Assembly: GCA_965223415.1 (NCBI GenBank)
Contig: OZ245002.1
Coordinates: 3,168,001 to 3,232,000 of the forward strand
DNA length: 64,000 bases
Direction of reading: 5' to 3'
Source: Myxococcota bacterium
GTDB lineage: Bacteria > Myxococcota_A > UBA9160 > UBA6930
Position 1 is the stretch's first letter. The number at the start of each line of letters is the position of its first letter. Below, in pieces: positions 9,624 through 18,361 of the stretch. The position numbers and the translations under genes were made by a program. The notes beneath the pieces are model-generated. The model was not told the origin of the DNA, searched no databases, and saw only the letters and a list, made by a program, of their open reading frames with translations.

Positions 9624-9995
9624 TCACCCACCCATCACGAAGGCGACGAGCTTGTTGCCGTCGAGGTCGCGGAAGTAGCCGCCGTAGAAGACGTCCCCGC
9701 GCTGGCCGGGAGGCCCTTCGTCGCTGGCGCCCAGCTCGATCGCCTTGGCGTAGATGCGGTCCACGGCCTCCTTCGAGCCCGCGTTGAGCGCGGCCATCGT
9801 GCCGTTGCCCGGCGAGGCGGGCTTGCCGTCGTAGGGCGTGCAGACGGCGATGATCGGCTGGTCCGGCCCCGCGGCGTAGAAGCGCATGCGGTCGTCGGCC
9901 ATGACGCGCTTGCCACCGAGCTCCGCGAGCAGGGCATCGTAGAAGGCCTCCGCCTTGTCCAGGTCGTTCGTGCCGAGGGTGATGTAGCCGATCAT
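9624..9995 (-). CDS. VOC/glyoxalase family protein
   Basis: MIGYITLGTNDL...GNGTM...FYGGYFRDLDGNKL. Confidence 0.9.
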   Translation of the reverse strand: MIGYITLGTNDLDKAEAFYDALLAELGGKRVMADDRMRFYAAGPDQPIIAVCTPYDGKPASPGNGTMAALNAGSKEAVDRIYAKAIELGASDEGPPGQRGDVFYGGYFRDLDGNKLVAFVMGG

Positions 9996-10065
9996 GAGTC
10001 TCCTCCGGTGGCCGAGCGACGCCGGGGCTGGCCACGGGCCCGAGTGTGCACCACCTTTCCGCCCC

Positions 10066-11265
10066 ATGCCTGGACCTCTCGCCGGATTTCGCGTGATCGA
10101 CGTGAGCGAAGTGATCTCGGGCCCCCTCGCCGCCATGATCCTCGCCGACCAGGGCGCCGAGGTGATCAAGGTCGAGCCGCCCGGCCACGGAGAGGAGAGC
10201 CGCCAGATCGCCAGCTACCGCGCCGGCATGGCGGCCCTCTACGCCAACTGCAACCACGGCAAGCGGTCGATCGGCCTCGACCTGAAGCAGCCCGAGGGCC
10301 GGGACGTGCTGTACGACCTGGTGCGTGGTGCGGACGTGTTCGTGCAGAACTGGCGGCCGGGCGCCGCCGAACGCCTGGGCCTGGGCGAGGACGACCTGCG
10401 CGCACTGAACCCGGAGATCGTCTACGCCTCGGTCACCGGCTACGGCGACGGGGGTCCCTACGCCGAGCGGCGGGGTTACGATCCCATCTTCCAGTGTCTC
10501 ACTGGCTACGTCCATGCCCAGACGAACCCGGAGATCCCCATCCCCGACCTGGTGCGAAACGCCGTGGTCGACAAGGCGACGTCGCACCAGCTCGCCCAGG
10601 GCGTCACCGCGGCGCTCCTCGCCCGCGAGCGCGGGGCCGGTGGCCAGCACGTGCGGGTGGCCATGCTCGACGCCGGCCTCTCCTTCTTCTGGCCCGACGG
10701 CATGATGCGCCACACCCTTGTTGGGGACGGTGTCGAGAACCCGATGGCGCCGGGCGAGCGCTACCAGATGTCATCGACCTCCGACGGGCAGCTCGCGGTG
10801 TGGATGGGCACCGCGGACCAGATGCGGGACGGCCTACGCGCGGTCGGTCGCCACGACCTGGCCGACGATCCGAGCCAACGGGGCAGGGCGATGCTGGAAG
10901 AGGCGAGCCAGACGGCCCGTGCCGAGGCGATGAATGCCGGTCTCGCGGCGCTCACGACCGCAGAGGCCTACGAGCGCCTCGTTGCCCACCAGATTCCCTG
11001 TGCCCCGGTGCTGACCCACGAGCAGGTGCTGCGGGATCCCCAGATCTCCCACAACGACGGCGTCCTCGAGGGTGAGCACCCGGTGTACGGCGGCTACCGA
11101 CGGGCGCGCCCGCCGCTGCGCTTCTCGGTCACGGTTCCCGAGCGTGGCGGCGCGCCGGCCCTCTACGGCGAGCACACGGACGAGATCCTCGCCGAGCTCG
11201 GCCGCTCGGAGGCCGAGCGCGCGGCGCTGCGCGAGAAGGGCGTCGTTCCGACGCCCCGCTCGTGA
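10066..11265 (+). CDS. CaiB/BaiF family III CoA-transferase
   Basis: PLAGFRVID...GP...LADQGAEVIKVE, NHGKRSIGLDLK, ADVFVQNWRPG. Confidence 0.92.
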   Translation: MPGPLAGFRVIDVSEVISGPLAAMILADQGAEVIKVEPPGHGEESRQIASYRAGMAALYANCNHGKRSIGLDLKQPEGRDVLYDLVRGADVFVQNWRPGAAERLGLGEDDLRALNPEIVYASVTGYGDGGPYAERRGYDPIFQCLTGYVHAQTNPEIPIPDLVRNAVVDKATSHQLAQGVTAALLARERGAGGQHVRVAMLDAGLSFFWPDGMMRHTLVGDGVENPMAPGERYQMSSTSDGQLAVWMGTADQMRDGLRAVGRHDLADDPSQRGRAMLEEASQTARAEAMNAGLAALTTAEAYERLVAHQIPCAPVLTHEQVLRDPQISHNDGVLEGEHPVYGGYRRARPPLRFSVTVPERGGAPALYGEHTDEILAELGRSEAERAALREKGVVPTPRS

Positions 11266-11341
11266 GGTCCGCCGCCCAGGCGGCAGTCGGGCGTCTCGCG
11301 GTCGTGGCGCCGTCCCACCGCTCTGGGCCACCATCGCGGCG

Positions 11342-11782
11342 ATGGAGCACTGGGAGCTCGTCGCGCGGGAGAGCATCCGCGACCTGGTGGCCCGCTACAA
11401 CGCGAACGGCGACGGCGGCCGCTTCGATCCGATGCTCGAGCTGTTCGCGGACGAGGCGGTCCTGGAGGTGCCGGGCCAGGTGTGTCGGGGGCACGACCAG
11501 ATCCGCCGCTTCTTCGAAGGCGTCGCCGCGAACACCGGCGGCGACGGCGCCCGGGCGGCCTTCATCCGGCACTTCACCGCCACTCACCAGATCGACGTCC
11601 AGGGCCCCGACGAGGCCACCGGACGCAGCTACTACGCCGTCCTCACCGATCGCGGGCTCGACCACTGGGGCCGCTATCTCGACACCTATCGCCGCATCGG
11701 CGGGCGGTGGCGCTTCTGGCACCGGAAGGTGACCACCGACGCCGCCGTTTCCGGCGGCTGGGCAGAGGGGAACGAGGAATGA
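11342..11782 (+). CDS. SnoaL/NTF2-like protein
   Basis: IRDLVARY...RHFT...GRYLDTYRRIGGRWRF. Confidence 0.85.
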   Translation: MEHWELVARESIRDLVARYNANGDGGRFDPMLELFADEAVLEVPGQVCRGHDQIRRFFEGVAANTGGDGARAAFIRHFTATHQIDVQGPDEATGRSYYAVLTDRGLDHWGRYLDTYRRIGGRWRFWHRKVTTDAAVSGGWAEGNEE

Positions 11783-12999
11783 CCGACGTGATGAAGGGCG
11801 TGCGAATCCTGGAGGTGGCGGAGCACACCTTCGTGCCGGCGGCCTCCGCCGTGCTCTCGGACTGGGGCGCGGACGTGATCAAGGTGGAGCACGCCGTGCG
11901 CGGCGACGCCATGCGGGCGCTCGGGCGCACCGGCGTGATGGATCTCTCCAAAGGCGTCCACGTGCTGAACGAGCACTCGAACCGGGGCAAGCGCTCGATC
12001 GGCCTCGACCTCGCGAAGCCCGAGGGCCTGGAGGTGCTCCATGCCCTGGCGAAGACCGCCGACGTCTTCCTCACGAACAAGCTGCCGGGCACCCTCGCCA
12101 AGCTGCGCATCGACGTCGCCGACCTGCGCTCCCACAACCCGAAGATCATCTACGTGCGCGGCACGTCCTTCGGCGCCCGCGGTCCGGAGCGGGACCGCGG
12201 GGGCTACGACATGACCGCCTTCTGGTGCCGGGCGGGAAGCGCCGCCAGCGCCACGCCGGCCGAGCTGCCCGGCCCGATCCCCCAGCCCGGGCCCGCCTAC
12301 GGCGATTCGATGGGCGGCATGACCATCGCCGGCGGCATCGCCGCCGCGCTCTTCAAGCGCGAGAAGACCGGCGAGCCCTCGGTGGTGGACGTGTCCCTGC
12401 TCGCGGCGGGCACCTGGGCGATGTCCGCCGGCATCGCGCTCTCCCTCCAAATGGGGCGCCCCTGGGCCACGCCGATGCCCGGCGGCAGCCAGTCCGCGAA
12501 CCCGCTGGTCGGCATCTACGAGACGAAGGACGGCCGCTACGTCAGCCTGGTGATGCTCCAGGGCTTCGTCTACTGGCCGGATCTCTGCGCGCACCTGGAC
12601 CGCCCGGAGCTCGCCACGGACCCGCGCTTCGACGACGCCGAGAAGCTCGGCGCCAACGCTGGGGAAGCCGTGGCGATCCTGCGGGAGGTCTTCCGCGAGC
12701 GCACGCTGGCCGAGTGGACCGAGCGCTTCCGGACCCTGAAGGGCCAGTGGGCGCCGGTCCAGAACACCCTGGAGGTCGTCGAGGATCCCCAGGTCCGGGC
12801 CAACGGCTACCTGGTGGGCACGACCACCCGGGAGGGAACGCCCTTCGACCTGATCGCGACGCCGGTCCAGTTCGACGAGGCGCCCGCCCCGACGGCGCGG
12901 GCACCCGAGTTCAACGAGCACGGCGACGAGATCCTTCGGGAGCTCGGTCTCGACATGGATCGCATCCTCGAGCTGAAGGCCGCCGGCGCCGTGACCTAG
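11779..12999 (+). CDS. CaiB/BaiF family III CoA-transferase
   Basis: ATGA overlap; LSDWGADVIKVE, NRGKRSIGLDL, APEFNEH. Confidence 0.92.
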   Translation: MTDVMKGVRILEVAEHTFVPAASAVLSDWGADVIKVEHAVRGDAMRALGRTGVMDLSKGVHVLNEHSNRGKRSIGLDLAKPEGLEVLHALAKTADVFLTNKLPGTLAKLRIDVADLRSHNPKIIYVRGTSFGARGPERDRGGYDMTAFWCRAGSAASATPAELPGPIPQPGPAYGDSMGGMTIAGGIAAALFKREKTGEPSVVDVSLLAAGTWAMSAGIALSLQMGRPWATPMPGGSQSANPLVGIYETKDGRYVSLVMLQGFVYWPDLCAHLDRPELATDPRFDDAEKLGANAGEAVAILREVFRERTLAEWTERFRTLKGQWAPVQNTLEVVEDPQVRANGYLVGTTTREGTPFDLIATPVQFDEAPAPTARAPEFNEHGDEILRELGLDMDRILELKAAGAVT

Positions 13000-13003
13000 C
13001 GGT

Positions 13004-13072
13004 ACAAGGGGACGTTCCTTTTCGTCTCACCGCCTCCGACCGGCCGTGAGACAGAAAGGAACGTCCCTTTGT
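13004..13072. repeat. Long intergenic inverted repeat (REP-like hairpin)
   Basis: 27-nt arms ACAAGGGGACGTTCCTTTTCGTCTCAC / GTGAGACAGAAAGGAACGTCCCTTTGT, 24/27 complementary, 15-nt loop. Confidence 0.75.
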
Positions 13073-13093
13073 CTCAACGGCTACGTTGGGTTC

Positions 13094-15067
13094 GTGCACG
13101 AGCCTGCGCTGCTCCGGGAGCTGGTGGTGCTGCTGGCATTCGCCGCGGCCGGGGCTGCCGTGTTCGAGCGGATCGGACTGCCCTCCATCGCCGGCTTCCT
13201 GGTGATGGGGGCGGTTGGGGGCCCGGGCGGTCTCGCCCTCGCCGCGGATCCCGACGACGTGCGCGCGATCGCCGAGCTTGGCGTGGTGTTCCTGCTCTTC
13301 GAGATCGGACTGGAGCTGCCCGTCGATAGGGTGCGCATCCTGCTGCGCACGGGTCTCGCCGCCGGCGCGCTGCAGGTGGGGGGCACGCTGGCGGCGGTCA
13401 GCGGCCTCGCCGTGGCGGCGGGGCTGCCGGGTCGAACCGCCCTCGTGCTGGGGGCCCTCGTCGCCATGTCCAGCACCGCGCTGGTGATCCGCATGCTCGC
13501 CGATCGAGGCGAGATCGACGCGCCCCACGGGCAGCTCAGCGTCTCGATCCTGCTGGTGCAGGATCTCTGCATCGTCCCCTTCCTGCTGGCGATCCCCATC
13601 CTCGCCGCCGACGGCCCGATCCGCGCCTGGCCGGTGGCCGGGGCCATGGCGCGGGCCGGGGTCGCCGTGGCCGCCTTCTTCCTGGCGGCCCGCTTCGTGC
13701 TGCCGCGTCTGCTGGCCGGGGCCGCGGCGATCCGCTCCCGCGAGGTTTTCACCCTGGTCGCGATCCTGGCAGTGATCGGCGCCGCCACCGCCGCCGAAGG
13801 CCTGGGGCTCACCCTGGCGGTCGGCGCCTTCCTGGCGGGGCTCGTGCTCTCGAGCTCGCCCTGGGGACCCCAGCTGATCTCCGAGGTGCTGCCGGTCCGG
13901 GGTCTCCTGCTCGGCGTGTTCTTCACCGCTATCGGCATGCTGCTCGACTTCCGGGAGGCCTGGGAGCACGCCGACACGGTGCTCCTCCTGCTCGCCGCGG
14001 CGATCGGGCTGAAGGCCGTCATCACCGCGTTCTCCGTCGGCGCGGTGCTGCGCACCGGCGCGCGCATCGGCGTGCTGGCCGGCGTGGCCCTCGCCCAGAC
14101 CGGGGAGTTCTCCTTCGTGCTCGCCCAGGTGGCCTCCGACGCGGAGCTGCTCGGGCCCGAGCTCACCCAGGCCTTCGTGGCGGCCTCGGTGATCAGCCTG
14201 ATCGCGACGCCGTTCCTGATCCGGGGCGGCGAAGGCATCGCGACCCGCTTGACCGGAGCGGCCGCTGCTCCAGCCGAGAGCGGGGCCGGCACGGAGGAGC
14301 TTCGCGGTCACGCGATCGTGGTCGGTTACGGCCTCGCCGGCCGCAATCTCGCGCGCGTCATGAAGGCGGTGGGCGTCCCCGTGGCCGGGGTCGAGGCCAA
14401 TCCGGTAGCCGCCGTCGAGGCGCGACGGGCCGGCGCCAACGTGATCTGGGGCGACGCGACTCGGGTGGGCCTGCTCGAGCAGCTCCACGTCGAGCGTGCG
14501 CGGCTGCTGGTCGTCGCCGTCAACGACCCGGTGGCCGGACGCCAGGTGGTGAGCCGCGCCCGCCAGCTCGCCCCGGAGCTCGTGGTGCTGGCGCGCACGC
14601 GCTACGTGCTGGAGGTCGACGAGCTCGAATCCGCCGGCGCCAGTCGCGTGGTGGCCGAGGAGCTCGAGGGGGCGATCGACCTGGTGGCGCAGACCCTGCA
14701 CGAGCTGGAGGTGCCGGAGGGCTCGGTGGCGCGCTTCTGCGCCGAGCTGCGCGCCGAAGGCTATGCGCTGCTCCGCGAGCCCGCCGCCCTGGCCCTCGAC
14801 CCGTGGCTCACCGAGCTGCTGGAGCAGGTCTCCACCGAGTGGATCGAGCTGCCGGAGGATTTCGCTCCGGAGCGCTCCCTCGTCGAGCTCGATCTCCGCG
14901 CGCGCACCGGCATCAACGTGCTGGCGGTCGACCGCGGAGGCACGACCACGCCCAACCCGGAAGCCGACTACCGGCTGCGTCCCGGCGATCGCCTGCTCGC
15001 CTTCGGGAGCGGCGAGGCCCTGGCCCGGGCCTGCGCTTCCCTGGGCGCGCTGCGGGACGGATCGTAG
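13094..15067 (+). CDS. CPA2 cation:proton antiporter (Kef-type) with TrkA_N and TrkA_C domains
   Basis: AELGVVFLLFEIGLE, MSST, QDL, LAQTGEFSFVL, IVVGYG, GDAT, C-terminal RCK_C. Confidence 0.92.
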   Translation: MHEPALLRELVVLLAFAAAGAAVFERIGLPSIAGFLVMGAVGGPGGLALAADPDDVRAIAELGVVFLLFEIGLELPVDRVRILLRTGLAAGALQVGGTLAAVSGLAVAAGLPGRTALVLGALVAMSSTALVIRMLADRGEIDAPHGQLSVSILLVQDLCIVPFLLAIPILAADGPIRAWPVAGAMARAGVAVAAFFLAARFVLPRLLAGAAAIRSREVFTLVAILAVIGAATAAEGLGLTLAVGAFLAGLVLSSSPWGPQLISEVLPVRGLLLGVFFTAIGMLLDFREAWEHADTVLLLLAAAIGLKAVITAFSVGAVLRTGARIGVLAGVALAQTGEFSFVLAQVASDAELLGPELTQAFVAASVISLIATPFLIRGGEGIATRLTGAAAAPAESGAGTEELRGHAIVVGYGLAGRNLARVMKAVGVPVAGVEANPVAAVEARRAGANVIWGDATRVGLLEQLHVERARLLVVAVNDPVAGRQVVSRARQLAPELVVLARTRYVLEVDELESAGASRVVAEELEGAIDLVAQTLHELEVPEGSVARFCAELRAEGYALLREPAALALDPWLTELLEQVSTEWIELPEDFAPERSLVELDLRARTGINVLAVDRGGTTTPNPEADYRLRPGDRLLAFGSGEALARACASLGALRDGS

Positions 15068-15157
15068 CCGCCCAATGGCACCCCGGCGCGGAGCCGGATT
15101 GGCCCTTTCGCCGGCATCGCTCTTCCGCCAGCCTCGAGCCGCGCCCAGGAGGCGAAC

Positions 15158-15817
15158 GTGAAGCTCTACTCGGGCCCCCTCAGCCTGTTCACCGCCAAGG
15201 TTCGCATCGCCCTCGCCGAGAAAGGCCTCGCCTACGACCGCATCGAGGTGGGCTGGAGCCTCGCGGACCGCTATCTGCCCCATCACCCGGACGTGGTCGC
15301 GCTCAACCCGAAGGCGGAGGTGCCGGTGCTCGTGGACGGTGAGGAGGTCGTCTACGACTCGACCCTCATCCTCTCTTACCTGGAAGATGCCTACCCGGAG
15401 ACGCCACTCCTGCCCGCCGATCCGGCCGGCCGTGCCCGCGCGCGCCAGCTCGAGGCCTGGGCTGACGAGATCCTGTTTCCCTCGGTGTGGGACGTGATCG
15501 AGGAGGCCTTCTATCCGTCGTCGCAAGGCGGCCGGGACCCAGAGCGGCTGGAGGCGGCGCGGGCCGGAATCGCCCGGCACCACGCGAGCCTCGACAAGGA
15601 GCTCACCGGCCGGACCTGGCTGTGCGGCGAGCGCTTCACGATCGCCGACATCGGCGCCTTCGTGATGACGAGTGCGGTGGCCAGCATGGGCGTGCCGCCG
15701 ATCCCCGAACACGCGCACCTGACCACGTGGCTCGCCCGCTGCGGAGAGCGGCCTCCCATCCGCGACGAGATGGCGGGCATGATCGCCGCCAGCCAGGCGG
15801 CCGTGGCCGGGGGCTAG
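15158..15817 (+). CDS. Glutathione S-transferase
   Basis: KVRIALAEKGL, NPKAEVPVL, DSTLILSYLE, FTIADI. Confidence 0.92.
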   Translation: MKLYSGPLSLFTAKVRIALAEKGLAYDRIEVGWSLADRYLPHHPDVVALNPKAEVPVLVDGEEVVYDSTLILSYLEDAYPETPLLPADPAGRARARQLEAWADEILFPSVWDVIEEAFYPSSQGGRDPERLEAARAGIARHHASLDKELTGRTWLCGERFTIADIGAFVMTSAVASMGVPPIPEHAHLTTWLARCGERPPIRDEMAGMIAASQAAVAGG

Positions 15818-17082
15818 GGCCCCTCGACCCGCACCGTTTCGACGATCTCGCGCGTGAGGAGGCCGGGAACCCGATCCGGTCGTTCTCCCGGCCCGAGCTC
15901 CGGGCGGGCCAGCCTGGCGTAGGCCTCGGCAACCCGCGCGAGACCCTCGGCCACGACGCGGTGCCCCCGGGCGTTGAAGTGGGGGTCGTTGCGGAACCGG
16001 AGCATCCAGGGCTCCACGCCGGGCGGCGCGCCGATCTCGCGGACGTCGACGCCCTGGGCCATCAGCGCCCGGTAGTCGAGGCGAGCGTAGGACTGGCGTC
16101 GCATCATGACGAAGAAGCTCGCGCCGTCGCGTTCCACCTCCCGGGCGAGACGCGAGAGCAGGGCCGAGGTCAGCGCCGCGCCGTCGGCCAGGCCCGGCGG
16201 GTCCCCGTCTCCCACGCCGGCCGCGACGAGGCGCCCGCCTGCGGGCCTCGACGCCTGCTGTGCCGACGGATAGGCGAGGTCGCGAAGGAAGGTCACCACG
16301 CCGGGCAAGCGCCCCACGGCCTGGGCCGTGAAGGTGAAGAGCGCCGACCGGTCGGCCGCGCGGGTCTGCAGGAAGCACGCGAAGCGATGCCCGGCCCCGT
16401 CGAAGCGGTGCGGCTCGTAGTGCTCGTCGAGCATCCAGGCGGTGCACAGGGGGTAGCGCGGCACGGGGACGCCCACCGGCACGAGCTGGCCGTTCTCCCG
16501 CAGGGCGAAGCCCGCCTTGCCGAAGGGACGGCGCATGCGGTGGAGGGTGACGTTGTCGTTCGGATCGTTGCCGTTGAACACGAGGAGGACGAGATCGGGC
16601 TGGAGCTCTCGTCCCAGTCGGCGGTAGGTCAGCAGCTGCTGGTCCGTGCCGTAGCCGCGGACGCCCGCGTTGATCACGCGCACGGGCACGTCCAGTCGCC
16701 GCGCCAGCCGGGCCTCCATCAACGCCGTGAACGCCTCCTCGTAGGGGACCTCGAAGCCCACGGTCGACGAATCTCCCAGCGCGAGCACCCGGTACTCGGC
16801 CGGGGCCTTGGGTGCGACCTCCGGGCCGCGCAGGCCCAGGCGGTTGATCTCGATCCGCGTCTCGAACTCCACCGGGAACGGCCGCGGTCCCACGTAGCTG
16901 CCCCGAGCGCCGGGCTCGTGGACCCAGCCGAGCTCCTCGTCGTGGATCCAGAAGAGCGACGGCTTCGAGTAGGTGTCGTAGATGGCCGTGAAGCCGGCCA
17001 GGCGAAGACCGGCCTCCGCCAAGCCGCAGGAAAACAGCAACGCGCCGAGAGCGAGGGCGACCGTACCCAGCCGGTTTCGCAT
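15814..17082 (-). CDS. Membrane-anchored SGNH/GDSL hydrolase family protein
   Basis: N-terminal TM; LGDSSTVG, INAGVRGYGTDQ, GND, DPHFNARGH. Confidence 0.85.
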   Translation of the reverse strand: MRNRLGTVALALGALLFSCGLAEAGLRLAGFTAIYDTYSKPSLFWIHDEELGWVHEPGARGSYVGPRPFPVEFETRIEINRLGLRGPEVAPKAPAEYRVLALGDSSTVGFEVPYEEAFTALMEARLARRLDVPVRVINAGVRGYGTDQQLLTYRRLGRELQPDLVLLVFNGNDPNDNVTLHRMRRPFGKAGFALRENGQLVPVGVPVPRYPLCTAWMLDEHYEPHRFDGAGHRFACFLQTRAADRSALFTFTAQAVGRLPGVVTFLRDLAYPSAQQASRPAGGRLVAAGVGDGDPPGLADGAALTSALLSRLAREVERDGASFFVMMRRQSYARLDYRALMAQGVDVREIGAPPGVEPWMLRFRNDPHFNARGHRVVAEGLARVAEAYARLARPELGPGERPDRVPGLLTREIVETVRVEGP

Positions 17083-17119
17083 GGGGCGAAGTGTAGGAGA
17101 GGGCTCGCCCGCCCTCTCC

Positions 17120-18310
17120 TCAGGGGAGCTCCGGGTCCTCTTCCATCTCGAGGTGCAGGCGGTCGCCCTCGTAGGGATGGCGCGCCGCGATCTCGAGGTC
17201 GAGCTCGACGCCGAGGCCGGGCTCCGCTGGCGGCAGCACGTAGCCTTCTTCGAAGCGAATCGGCTTGCGGAGCAGCTCCGCGTGGAAGCCGTCCCAGCGA
17301 CGGATGCCCTCGAGGAGGAGGAAGTTCGGCGTGCAGGCCGCGAGCTGGAGGTTGGCTGCGCCGACCACGGGACCGCAGTAGAGATGCGGTGCGATCTGGG
17401 CGTAGTGGACCTCGGCCAGAGCGGCGATCTTCTTGGCCTCGAGCAGGCCGCCGACCCGGCCGGTGTTCATCTGCAGGATCGAGGCGGCGCCGCTCTCGAG
17501 CACGCGGGCGAACTCGTGCCTGCCCGTCAGGCGCTCGCCGGTGGCCACGGGGATCGTCGTGCCCCGGGCCACCTGGGCCATGGCCTCGGGGCGCTCCGGC
17601 GGCACCGGCTCCTCGAGCCACAAGGGGTCGTAGGGCTCGAGGCGTCGGGCCAGTCGTAGGGCGGCGGAGGGGGTCATCTGGCCGTGGGTCCCGATCAGGA
17701 GGTCGCAGCGCGGGCCCACTGCCTCGCGACAGGCCCGGACCATCTCCTCCGCCTGCTCCATGGCGAGGAGCGCCGGCTGGCGCGGATCGAAGGCCCCGTA
17801 CGCGCCCAGCGGGTCGAGCTTCAGCGCCGTGAACCCCTGCTCCGCGTAGGCGCTGGCGCGCTCGGCGGCCAGTGACGGATCCCGGTAGACGTCCGCCGTG
17901 TCGCCGGGCTCGGGATAGAGGTAGGAGTAGGCGCGCAGACGCTCGCGAACGAGACCGCCGAGGAGCGCGTGAACCGGGCGGTCGACCTCCTTGCCGACGA
18001 TGTCCCAGCAGGCCATCTCGATGCCGCTCAGCACCCCCAGGAGGCACGGGTCCGGCCGTTGGCTGTAGCCGCTCGAGTAGATCGTCCGCCACAGCTGCTC
18101 GATGCGGAACGGGTCCCGGCCCACGACGCGGCGGGCGCACACGTCCTCGATCATCCGCGTGACCACGTCCGGGCCGAAGGGCAGGGAGTAGACCTCGCCG
18201 ACGCCCTCGACGCCGCCGTCGGTGACGAGCCGCAGGAAGACGAAGTAGCGCCCCCCGAAGCCCGGCGGGGGATTGCCCACCACGTGGGTGTGGACCTCGG
18301 CGATCTTCAT
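17120..18310 (-). CDS. Mandelate racemase/muconate lactonizing enzyme family (sugar-acid dehydratase-like)
   Basis: SGIEMACWDIVGK, ALKLDP, WLEEP, ATGE, IAPHLY. Confidence 0.9.
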   Translation of the reverse strand: MKIAEVHTHVVGNPPPGFGGRYFVFLRLVTDGGVEGVGEVYSLPFGPDVVTRMIEDVCARRVVGRDPFRIEQLWRTIYSSGYSQRPDPCLLGVLSGIEMACWDIVGKEVDRPVHALLGGLVRERLRAYSYLYPEPGDTADVYRDPSLAAERASAYAEQGFTALKLDPLGAYGAFDPRQPALLAMEQAEEMVRACREAVGPRCDLLIGTHGQMTPSAALRLARRLEPYDPLWLEEPVPPERPEAMAQVARGTTIPVATGERLTGRHEFARVLESGAASILQMNTGRVGGLLEAKKIAALAEVHYAQIAPHLYCGPVVGAANLQLAACTPNFLLLEGIRRWDGFHAELLRKPIRFEEGYVLPPAEPGLGVELDLEIAARHPYEGDRLHLEMEEDPELP

Positions 18311-18361
18311 GGGGGCAGCGTACCGCGCGTGGGTGGCGGGGCGATTCGCTACGGTGCCCCC

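Noticed and set aside
12911..16447. 1178-aa minus-strand ORF
   Set aside because: Shadow of the Kef antiporter and GST; Arg/Gly/Ala-rich with no recognisable domain
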